A stretch of DNA of 64,000 bases from Eledone cirrhosa (lineage: Eukaryota), in assembly GCA_964016885.1 (NCBI GenBank), contig OZ024744.1, positions 34,162,001 through 34,226,000 of the forward strand, in the 5' to 3' direction. Below, one piece after another: positions 11,460-22,526 of this stretch (position 1 is the stretch's first letter; every line of letters begins with the position of its first letter). The translations under genes and the position numbers were made by a program. Below the pieces are notes generated by a model that was not told the origin of the DNA, searched no databases, and saw only the letters and a list, made by a program, of their open reading frames with translations.

Positions 11460-13860
11460 AGATATGCAAAGATCCACCTAAGTGTTTTCTTAACATTCCA
11501 ACAAACTCACGAGGGCATCCAAGTTTCTCCAATACGACCCACAATGCACTACGATTAACAATATCAAAGGCTTTGGTAAGGTCCACAAATACTTGCTAAA
11601 GTAACACTTACTGCTCAACATACTTCTCCATAAGCTTAGGGGCTGAGAAAATCATGTCCATAGTACACCGCCCAACTTTGAATCCACACTGGGTCTCAGA
11701 TATGGCACCAGAGCAGATCCATTTTATTAGACAGCAAAAGCAAGGATAAGAATTGTCCTACCGCTTCGAGCAGACTTATATCATGATACACCGCATGCCG
11801 ACTTGGAGTCCTTGCCCTTGTAAATCGAGAGCAATATTGCATCTATCCATTCTTGCGGGACAGGAACGCCTTGCCACGTAGATAAGAGTAACCCATGAAT
11901 GGCTATAGCAACATTGTCTCCTCCAAAGCAGATCAGCTCAACAGCTATTCCATCCAAACTTGGAGTTTTCCCTATGTTCATCTCTTTGATAATAGACCTT
12001 ATCTCATCAATGGTTGGATCAGACATTATCTATGTTACAGTCTCCCTTTCTGGCACTCCATTAATAATTTCCTCATCAAATAAAGAAGGGTTGTCAAACA
12101 GATCTTTAAAGTGTTCAGTCCACCGACGCTTGATATCTGCTGGATCTTTGATGAGTATTTTCCCATCATTTCACTTTAATGGTCCCATTTTTGTGGGATG
12201 TAGGCGAAATACTTGCCTTATTGTGCTGTATATTATCTTCAAGCCTCCGCAGTTATAAACCCTCTGCATCCCTGCTGAAACTCCAGACCACCAGCTGTTC
12301 TTCATCTTTTGAGTTACATTTGTCGTTGCAGTTTTTATTTTACTTCTCCTCAATAGTAGTGCTCAATGGACCATCTGCAACAAGGCACTTCTCATACAAC
12401 TTGTTCTTTTCTTCAATGAACATGGTGATTGTAGCATCATTATCATCAAACCAATCTCTGTGCTTTGTCTTCTTAAGACCAATTACATCAGCACCAAGAC
12501 TGTAAACCTGTGTCTTAAACTGTCCCCAAGTTCCATCAAAGACGACGTTGTCAAGTGCTTTTTGAAGAGAATCTCGCATTTCTACACTTTGCAGTTTTGA
12601 CACACCTATACGTCTTGGCACTTGTACCCCTGCTGCCCTCAAAATTCATCTGATCGGCACCTTCATTTTCTCACGCACGATTTTGTGGCCTGTACCACAT
12701 TCTGCACCACGCATTACTCTGAATAAACAGATATTCTAGAGGTCTCTCTTCCTGGTGATGCTATAATCCTAGATGTATCCATGTTTCGATCTTGGGTGTA
12801 ACCACGTAGCCTGTGGATCTCCTTTTACTGAAAAAATGTTACATATGACCAGCTCAAACTCAGTGCATAACTGCAAAAGAAGAGCACTGGTATTCATCTT
12901 GCCCATGCACTGATATCCTAAAACATTCCAGTTGTGGTCGTTCTTTCTCACACATACATTAAAATCTCCAAGAAGCAAGATCTTATTCGAATCCGGAATT
13001 AATGTTATACATCCTCGTAAATCTTGGTAAAAAGCCATGATTTATTCTTGTTAATCTGCAGGGTAGGGTCATACACTGAGATGACAGTGATGAAACCTCC
13101 CCTTGAAAGAGGAACTCTTAGGTGCATGATACGATCACTAATGCCTTGGAGTTGCTCCAGTAGTTTTGTGATCTCTGTCCGGGCACAAAAACCTACTCCT
13201 CCATTCCTTTTCTCTCTATTTGGTTTCACTTTGCAGAAGAACATATAACCAGCACCCCTCTCTGATAGATGATCTTCCCCACTAAAACGGGTTTCAGAGA
13301 GTGCAGCTATATCAAAATTATATCTGCTCTACTCTCTGCCAACAACAGCAGTCCTGCGTTCTGGATTGGTCGATGGTTCCTTGTTAAGACGTGTTCGTAT
13401 GTTCCACATCGCAAGATTCTATTCCTTTGAAAATTATTATTATTTTTCTTGTTTCTCCTGCGGGTATAAACAATCGTCTGCCTCAGGTTGCTGACCAACT
13501 TAATGGTAGAACAAACAATGTTTGGCTCACCTATTCTAAACCCCTCCCAAGATTTTGGTGGGCAGTGCTCTCCTTGGAAAGGGCTGCTCAGTCACAAAAG
13601 ACTCCACCCAATCCAGCTCCTATTCCGAAAACTGGCAACGACGTTAGATAAGCCTTAAGCCGCCTGCGTGCAGATTAGCAACTGCATACCTCCAACTCGT
13701 TAGGTCTGTACACTTCACTGCTTCGCCATCGCCACAGGACTTTGAAGAAATATCTGCACGAGTAGATCATAGCACCATATACTTGTGTGACACAGCCAGA
13801 ATCTGGTGACAAGCAGATACAAGATGATCTGTAGCTGTATCAACCGCAGGTATTTCAGAG
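11460..13860 (-). mobile_element. Decayed RTE LINE (5' UTR, AP endonuclease, RT N-terminus)
   Basis: GVGF, ISDRIMHLRVPL, VISVYDPT, LLGDFN, TWLHPRSKH, KHRDWFDDN, GKTPSLDGIAVEL. Confidence 0.85.
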
Positions 13861-14009
13861 TGTCCTCTAAAAAAAAGTTTTTCCAGATAAATAATAATTA
13901 GGTAAAATATTTTAAATGAATGTTATTTAAAAGATTAAAAGACAAAAATAAAAATAAATGAATAAATAAATGAAAATAACATGCACACGCAAATTTACAC
14001 ACCTAAACA

Positions 14010-14010
<1 letters not shown>

Positions 14011-14088
<78 letters not shown>

Positions 14089-14116
14089 CACATACATTTA
14101 CACACCTACACAGTAT

Positions 14117-14185
<69 letters not shown>

Positions 14186-14225
14186 CACATACATTTACAC
14201 ACCTACACAGTATATACATATATAC

Positions 14226-14311
<86 letters not shown>

Positions 14312-14318
14312 ATATATC
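14011..14318. repeat. (TA)n microsatellite with a duplicated cacatacatttacacacctacacag spacer
   Basis: Directly visible. Confidence 0.95.
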
Positions 14319-14522
14319 TATACGTAGGTCCCGGGTTGAGTCGGGGATAACCACAGTAAGTAAGGTACTCAATACATGGCAGAGTAAAATTTTTTATTTT
14401 ATAGAAGGAGCTTCTACAGGACTAGTACTGTATCATTCAGATGAAATCTTCAGGAAGCTCCTGAGCTTCCTGAAGATTTCATCTGAATGATACAGTACTA
14501 GTCCTGTAGAAGCTCCTTCTAT
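14319..14522 (-). mobile_element. Non-coding fold-back element: perfect 60-bp palindrome (2-nt loop) plus ~80-bp tail, in (TA)n
   Basis: 14401-14460 is the exact reverse complement of 14463-14522. The minus-strand tail has AATAAA. Confidence 0.85.
14463..14515 (+). ncRNA. Minimal type I hammerhead-like motif with a GAAA>GATA core variant; mirror copy on the minus strand at 14408-14460
   Basis: gagcttc CTGAAGA tttcatctgaat GATA cag tactagtc ctg TA gaagctc. 7-bp stem I, short stem III with palindromic actagt in the loop, GUA triplet. Confidence 0.6.
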
Positions 14523-14534
14523 TATATATATATA

Positions 14535-14798
14535 TACTGTGTAGGTATGTAAATGTATGTGTAAACCTTATGCATTTCTACAGTAGTTTCACCAAACTTG
14601 ACACATGGGCTACAGATGAATGTGAACTCTCAGAATTGGCACATATTGAGTAGGGGACCCCTGGGGGCAGGAACCCCTTTTTGGAAAAAGCAGATGATTT
14701 TGTAAAAGTATAGTTTTCGAAGCAGTACTGAAGTATTGACATAAATGGTATACATAACTGCTATTTAATACCCGAGCAACGCCGGGTACCTCTGCTAG
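14535..14798 (+). mobile_element. Non-autonomous Helitron 3' portion
   Basis: Hairpin tacccg-agcaacgc-cgggta (14769-88) followed by CTAG (14795-98) then T. Confidence 0.65.
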
Positions 14799-14813
14799 TA
14801 TATATATACACCA

Positions 14814-15001
14814 TTGGATGACCGTTGACTCTCGCGAGTTCCTCCGCCCTTTGTCAGGTCTTGTTTTCATCCTGCAGTGTGTCCAATCACCCTGCCCACC
14901 AGAAAACTTGGTGGGGTTGCCATCTCAGTCACCGACGACCTGACCATATAACTGGTTGTACTGGGATACATGTTACCAGTAGCACTCAGGAGCGACCAGA
15001 C
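14814..15001 (-). mobile_element. Isolated RTE 5' leader (structured ~190-nt segment), copy A
   Basis: Homologous to 27214-27401, 39576-39767 and partly to 49582-49672. Confidence 0.7.
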
Positions 15002-15042
15002 AACATACATATATAATTCCATATATACATGTATGCATGTAT

Positions 15043-15303
15043 ACCTACCTACCTACCTACCTACCTACCTACCTACCTACCTACCTACCTACCTACATAC
15101 CTACCTACCTACCTACCTACCTACCTACCTACCTACATATACCTACCTACCTACCTACCTACCTACCTACCTACCTACCACCTACCTACCTACCTACCTA
15201 CCTACCTACCTACATATACCTACCTACCTACCTACCTACCTACCTACCTACCTACCTACCTACATACATACATACATACATACATACCTACCTACCTACC
15301 TAC
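15043..15303. repeat. (CTAC)n microsatellite
   Basis: Directly visible. It produces the spurious YLPT start of ORF 15037. Confidence 0.95.
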
Positions 15304-18300
15304 GTTATTTGCGAGGCCCGGATCAGCAACGTGCGACAGCTGGCCCCCACCTTTGATGACTTTGAGATGCACGCATCTCTCTGTCAGCCCGGAGGTGGGG
15401 GTGGAGTTGTCGTTCTGCTGCAAAAACATCTGGGTCTCGCAACACAGATGGTACATTTGGACCCGGAGGGTCGACTAGTGGTTCTGGACCTTGGCAGTGG
15501 TAAAGGCGGAGCGTTTAGGTTGGTAGCCGCCTACGGCCCTTTCGGGTCAATGCGGCCGGACTTCTTCCATCGTCTGGAGACTTTTCTAGGGACGTCCCGC
15601 TCCTTGCTGTTAGTGGGGGACTGGAATGGTATCCTAGATGCACGCTGGGACTACGTAGGGGCCTGCCCCGATAGAGAGGGGTGTAATAGCCTGAAAGGGT
15701 TAATCGGTCGATTTGACCTGGCCGATAGATATCGACTAGATTTTCCGACTGCGCCAACCTGGACTTGGGCAAATCGTAGCGGATCATCTAGGTCGTACCT
15801 AGATAGGTTCTTAGTTAGAATTAAGGATAAGGACTTTTTAAGTTGTCCAAAAATGCGCATGGTTGGCTATTCAGACCACAAATTAGTGACCTGCATGGTC
15901 AACCTTGACAGAACTCATAGACAGGGCCCCGGTTACTGGAAGCTCAACTTGTCCTTGCCGGCAAGTAGAGCCTACAGGAATCGGATTAGTACGTTAGTTA
16001 AGGAACGGTTGACTGGAGCGCTCGTCAACAGCAGGTGGTGGGTATCTCTAAAGAGAGAGATTAGAGTAGTCTCGATAGAATTTAGTAAGGTTCTAGCTGC
16101 GGATAGGAATAGGAAGGAAAGGGAGCTAATAGATAGAGTAGAAGAGGGAATTAGAAGCGGCGACGTGGCCAGAGTGCTAGCGTCGAGAAGGGCTTTGAGC
16201 CAGTTTTTCGACGCGAAGCACGAAGGCTGCGTTGTCCGAAGTAAAATACGTGCTCTAGGGAACGAGGGGACCAAAGCTGTTAGCTGGGCCCGCGTGACAG
16301 AGGCCAACAGTGGAACTAAATCCACCATCCGGTCTTTGCGAGACCTGGATGGACGGGCGATTCTTGAGCCTAAGCAGATGTGTGAGGCCTTTCAAAGGCA
16401 CTTTGCCCGACTGTTCGAGAGGGGCGGGGAGCCGGTTGGGAACGTGGACTTCGGTCCATACCTCGACGGCCTGCCGCGCCTCTCGGACAGGGAGGCGAAG
16501 TCTTGCGAGGAGCCGATTTCGGCCGCTGAGATAGAGGACGTGCTGAGCCAATGCGGCAAACGAAAATCCCCGGGTCTCGATGGTCTTCCTTACGAATTAT
16601 ATCTAGCTATGCCGGACTTGTTCCCCGATCTCCTCGAGGCGGTCTACTGCAACTGGCAACAGAACGGGAGAATTCCCTGTACTGTGACCAAGGGCGTAGT
16701 CACGCTAGTGAGGAAGGACGAGAACAAGGGGGACGAAATAAGTAACTTCAGGCCCATAACACTGCTAAATACAGAGTTACAGATTTTGGCCAAGGTGCTA
16801 GCAAAGAGGTTGGCGCTTGCCGTGGGCAACCTGGTGGGAGATGCGCAGACATGCGCTATCCCGTCCAGGTCCATCCATGACAACCTCCACCTCATGCGAT
16901 ACATCATAGAGAGGGTTGGGAACGAACCCGGCTTTGGTGGGGCTCTGATCAACTTGGATCAATCTAAGGCGTTCGATAGGGTCGACCATGGTTACCTGGA
17001 TGCGGTGCTAGCGGCGGCAGGCTTCGGACCCGTTTTCAGGGGCTGGATCACTGCTATGCACAGCAGCCGTATCTGCTCTAGGGTCAAGGTGAACGGCTAC
17101 CTCTCGGAGCCGTTCAAAATCGCGCGGTCCATCCGACAAGGGTGCCCTCTCTCCTCCCTTCTGTATGTGTTGACTCTCGAGCCACTACTGCGGAAGTTGG
17201 AGTTGTTGCAGGGCATCCCTTTGGAACCGGGATTGCGGAAAGCGGTGTCGGCCTACGCCGATGACGTGACAGTAATGGTGTCGACGGCCTCCGAAATCGA
17301 GGCGGTCGGCACCTTACTGGAGGAGTACGAAAAGTTTACAGGGGCTAAGCTGAACCGGGACAAGTCGATCGGTTTGCAACTCGGCACGTGGAGGGGCAGA
17401 CCGATGCCCTCCAATGGCGTCGTCGGACGCTGGACGGAGGGCCCGGTGAAGTTGCTCGGGGTCTGGTTCGGACCGGACCTCCAGGTGGAGAAAAACTGGG
17501 CGAAGGTTACGAACAGGGTGTTTGCACTGACCCAGAAGTGGGCCAGTTGCAAACTATCCCTGAAAGGTCGGGCGGAGGTGGCGAAAACCTACATAGCGTC
17601 CGTCATCTACTACCGCCTGACCGTAGCGCCCTGCCCAAGGGAAACCCTCACCAAGATGGAGCGCGCGCTCTTCCAATTCCTTTGGAAGAGGCGGGCTCCT
17701 ATGGTGAGGAGATCCAGCTGCTGTCAACACCCTTCGAAAGGAGGGCTGGGGATGACGTGGCTAATGATGCGTAAACACGCATTAAGGCTACGGCACCTCT
17801 ACGTATTCCTCACCGGACAACCGGTGTGGGCCTCGTTTGTGAGACGAACCTTTCCCAGACTCGTCTCACTCACCGAGCTGCAATCCTGGGTCAAGCAAAG
17901 ACCGAGAAAACTGGGCGCCTGGCACACTGAGTGTGCCCAGGCGCTCACCGCCCTCTGGCAGGCGGATCCGGTTATCAGTGGAGACTCCACCGCAACATTC
18001 TATAGAGGGCTGGTACGCAGCAGGTGCGACGACGCCCTCGGAGAAGCCCTAGACATGGAGGAGGACGAACTGGCCAGCCTGTTCGGTAGGACATTCAGCC
18101 CGGGACCTATGGACAACTTCCAGAAGTCCCTGGCCTGGCAGTGTTAGCGAGGGGCTTTACCCGTTCGAGAAAGGCTCTACAGACACGGGCGCCCGGGTAG
18201 GGACCCCGCCAAAAAGATCTGTCCCAGATGCGTGTGCGACGAGGAAACCGTTGCACACGCATTGGTACACTGCTCGGGCGTAGCCGATCTGTGGGGCTAT

Positions 18301-18636
18301 GTCGAACAACTGCTGTCAAGGGTGGGACCGATCCGGTTGACCACCGAGTCTATTGTAATGATCAAGCCGCCTCCCCCCTTCAAAGATGAAGCAGAGGCGG
18401 TGTTTCTGTGCGTAATAGCCATGGCGAAAGAGGTTGTATGGTGGACGCGTCTGAAAGGACTGAGGTCAGGCACCTTTCTCTCTGGCCAACAACTGGTCCG
18501 TTTCTTCCGATATCATTTCGGAAGAAGGATCAGGATGGAGAGAGAGGTGCTGCACCCCAGTCGTTTTTATGAAAGGTGTGTGAAAGTGGCGAGAAGGGCC
18601 CGTGTGAATGGGCCTTCTCTTTACATGAGCCTGTAG
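15304..18636 (+). pseudogene. Tx1 ORF2 (AP endonuclease, RT, C-terminal Zn knuckle) with one in-frame TAG at 18145-18147
   Basis: GDWN, SYLDRF, SDH, WKLN, KSPGLDG, NFRPITLLN, LDQSKAFDRV, RQGCPLS, YADD, GGLG, CPRC..ETVAHALVHC. Confidence 0.92.
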
Positions 18637-18953
18637 GTGGAAAAGAGGAAGGAACGAGGGAGCACCCCCTCTCTGTGCTCTTGAGGAAAAGGGTTGCACA
18701 CTTTTTTCGAGGGTGTGTGCGACCCCCCAAGGCGCCTCCTCTCTATTGAGGATTTTGTTAAAAATTTTATTTTTTGTTATATTTTATAACAAAATCCTCT
18801 ATTGAGAACTTTGTTATAATTCTATTTTTTGTTATATTTTATTTTATTTTTATATATTGTTATTGCCTCCTCCCTATTGAGGACGCCTTGTTTTGTAAAC
18901 TCCCCCCATTGTACTTGTCCCACTTTTGATGCTCTTGTGGCAAATAAAAGAAA
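15304..18953 (+). mobile_element. Tx1/L1-clade LINE unit 1, 5'-truncated within the endonuclease
   Basis: Colinear with 22632-26228. Ends aataaaagaaa. Confidence 0.92.
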
Positions 18954-18972
18954 CATACCTATCTACCCACAT

Positions 18973-19755
18973 CTGGGATGGACACACGCGTATAACTTGC
19001 TGAGTAAGTTCTGTTTAAATTTCTATAGAAATTCTTGTCTGATAACTTTAATTGTTGTACCATTTTGTAGAGGGACTGCCAGGTCAAACTTTGATCTGGT
19101 CAGTCTCTCAAAATATTCTACGCCTTTAGGCGAAATAGTTAAACAGAAAAAAAAAAAGTTTTTTCTTGTTGAAAAGTCAATATTTTTTTAAATGGCCGAA
19201 GCTTCTTCACCAAAATTCGAAGGAGGAAAGGGGAAGATGAACTTACAGCTTACCCATGCCACTGTTACAGTAGCAGAGGTCAAGAAGAAAGGTCAGCCAG
19301 AGGAAGAATTCTCTCCACCTGTTAACCGACAACTTGACGTTGCCATGGCAACAACCCAAAGAACCAGCAGCAACAGCAACAACAACAACAATGCGACGGA
19401 CGAAAACAACACCAATAACAATAACAATAACAACAACAACAAGACCAATAACGGTGACAACAACAACAATGATAACAACAACACCAACAACAACACAAAC
19501 AAACAAAATTTCTCCTTCGCCGAGACGACAAGGAAAACCCTCTCTATTGAGGATTTTGTTAAAAATTTTATTTTTTGTTATATTTTATAACAAAATCCTC
19601 TATTGAGGATTTTGTTATAATTCTAATTTTTGTTATATTTTATTTTATTTTTATATATTGTTATTGCCTCCTCCCTATTGAGGACGCCTTGTTTTGTAAA
19701 CTCCCCCCCATTGTACTTGTCCCACTTTTGATGCTTTTGTGGCAAATAAAAGAAA
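18973..19755 (+). mobile_element. Tx1 unit 2, internally deleted (5' UTR and ORF1 start joined to the 3' UTR)
   Basis: Matches 20498-21068, then jumps at cctc (19539-42) to 3' UTR sequence. Confidence 0.9.
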
Positions 19756-20334
19756 CATATCTACCTACCTACCTACCTACCTACCTACCTACTTATCTAC
19801 CTACCTACCTACCTACCTACCTACCTACCTACCTACTTATCTACCTACCTACCTACCTACCTACATACCTACCTACTTACCTACCTACTTAACTACCTAC
19901 CTACTTATCTACCTACCTACCTACCTACCTACCTACCTACCTACCTACATACCTACCTACCTACCTACTTAACTACCTACCTACTTATCTACCTACCTAC
20001 CTACCTACCTTCATACCTACATACCTACCTATCTACCCACATACCTACCTACCTACCTGCCTACCTAACTACCTACCTACTTATCTACCTACCTACCTAC
20101 CTACCTATCTACCTACCTACATACATACCTACCTACCTACCTACCTACCTACCTACCTACCTACCTACCTACCTACCTACATACATACATACCTACCTAC
20201 CTACCTACTTACCTACCTACCTATCTACCCACATACCTACCTAACTACCTACCTACCTACCTACCCACCTACCTACCTACCTACATACCTACCTACCTAC
20301 CTACCTACCTACCTACTTACCTATCTACCCACAT
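19756..20334. repeat. Imperfect (CTAC)n microsatellite
   Basis: Directly visible. Confidence 0.95.
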
Positions 20335-20478
20335 TTGTTATAAATTTTATTTTTTGTTATATCTTATTTTATTTTTATATTTTGTTATTGCCTCCTCCTT
20401 ATTGAGGACGCCTTTTTGTGTAAACTCCCCCCATTGTACTTGTCCCACTTTTGATGCCCTAGTGGCAAATAAAAGAAA
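20335..20478 (+). mobile_element. Tx1 unit 3, 3' UTR only
   Basis: Near-identical to 26085-26228. Confidence 0.9.
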
Positions 20479-20714
20479 CATACCTATCTACCCACATCTG
20501 GGATGGACACACGCGTATAACTTGCTGAGTAAGTTCTGTTTAAATTTCTATAGAAATTCTTGTCTGATAACTTTAATTGTTGTACCATTTTGTAGAGGGA
20601 CTGCCAGGTCAAACTTTGATCTGGTCAGTCTCTCAAAATATTCTACGCCTTTAGGCGAAATAGTTAAACAAAAAAAAAAGTTTTTTCTTGTTGAAAAGTC
20701 AATATTTTTTTTAA

Positions 20715-22502
20715 ATGGCCGAAGCTTCTTCACCAAAATTCGAAGGAGGAAAGGGGAAGATAAACTTACAGCTTCCCCCTGCCACTGTCACAGTAGCAGA
20801 GGTCAAGAAGAAAGGTCAGCCAGAGGAAGAATTCTCTCCACCTGTTAACCGACAACTTGACGTTGCCATGGCAACAACCCAAAGAACCAGCAGCAACAGC
20901 AACAACAACAACAATGCGACGGACGAAAACAACACCAATAACAATAACAACAACAACAACACCAATAACGGTGACAACAACAACAATGATAACAACAACA
21001 CCACCAACGACAACAACAACACAAACAAACAAAATTTCTCCTTCGCCGAGACGACAAGGAAAACCCTCGACTATCTGCCAGTAGATATAACCAAAGCGAA
21101 GGAGCTACTGGCAGATGCGAAAAAATATATAGTGTACGGAGAAAATGGTTCATTCAGAATCCATTCCCCCCCGGAACTAAAAAGCCAGAGACTCCTAAAC
21201 ACGGTCATGTTTAGGACAATCTCGAACAAAAGTAAAAAACCAGCTCAACCATCACAGAGTGAGATAGAGCTGGTTTTAAAAGACGTCATGAAGGACATCA
21301 CCTTCATTCAGAAGGATAGACTCTACGGGAGTCTATCCATTCTCATGAAGGACAGGGACACAGCAGTGAAACTGTCCATCAAACCAATCACATCCACCGC
21401 ATACACCTTCTACCCTACGTACATAGGTAGAAGAACACAAAAAATAAAAATCCACACCATCCTGCCGATTATGGACATATGGTGGGTTTTGACAGGTTTT
21501 CTGGACCTGGAGGATGACATGCTGGTGTCCATGGAAAAGGCATCGGGTGACGCGTTCAGTGGAACGAGCCTCGAACTGGTAGTTCAAATGAGGCCCGAAA
21601 GGATCGCCCAGATCCCTGAACGCGTCATACTGGATGATCTAACCTTCATCAACATTACCGTTGAGGGTAGACGGCCCTCGTGTTACCTCTGCGGAACCAG
21701 AGGTCACCTGAGGGCTGTCTGTCCCCAACTTAATAAGAAAACCCCAATCCTGCCTACACCACCAACAACTGCACAACCAACACAATCACCACAACTACCA
21801 CTACAAAAACAACCACCACAGCTCAAACCAAAACAAAACAATGTCCAACCCATCCCCTCCACTCAAAAAACAAAAACAATTTCCAAAACACCCGCACCGT
21901 AAACACAACCCGAAAATATACCCCTCCCCTCCAACGCGGAAGATGACCCTAGTTCGTCGTCAGACGAGGAGGAGCACTTCCACACAATCAAAAGAAAAAA
22001 AAGAAAACACACCTCAGACACACAATTGAAAACAACCCCTCCCCAAAACATAACACTGACACCAACACAAAAGGGCTCACAACAACAGCAAACAAAAAAC
22101 ACCACACAAAAACAAAAACATGCATACACATACATAAACACAAGAAACAAAAAACTGTTAAACATTGTGTACAACAACAATCTAATAAAAACACAAGGGC
22201 CTAACTTCACCCAGGCAGGGGATTTCCCCCACCTCAAAATGATTAAGGCCCCACAGGACACCTATAAAACTTTAAAAAACAATTTTAAAGAGGACGTGGG
22301 TCCCCCCTGCGTCGGGCCCATTAACCGCGTCCTCCTAAAAAACTATCCCACCCCCTCCCCAAACACCCACACAACTCCAAGCTCCCCAACCACACAACAC
22401 ACTGATGCCCCTACACTTCCACAAACCACCACCCCACCCAACAACCCATCCCCCACCCCAATGGAAATTGTGCAGCCCGATACCCGGGACGCAGAGAGGT
22501 AA
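20715..22502 (+). pseudogene. Tx1 ORF1 (Gag-like; Asn-rich N-terminus; CCHC knuckle) with a premature TAA at 21900-21902
   Basis: CYLCGTRGHLRAVC. ORF 22026-22502 continues in the same frame. Confidence 0.85.
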
Positions 22503-22526
22503 GTGCCTTTTCTCTTCACCACCAAC

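Noticed and set aside
13970-14490. (YI)n ORFs
   Set aside because: (TA)n microsatellite translation.
15037-15303. YLPT-repeat N-terminus of the 1036-aa ORF as a novel fusion
   Set aside because: Chance in-frame read-through of (CTAC)n into a 5'-truncated Tx1 ORF2.
19243-19531. Poly-Leu/Val/Cys antisense ORFs that look like membrane proteins
   Set aside because: Reverse frames of the (AAC)n Asn-rich ORF1 segment.
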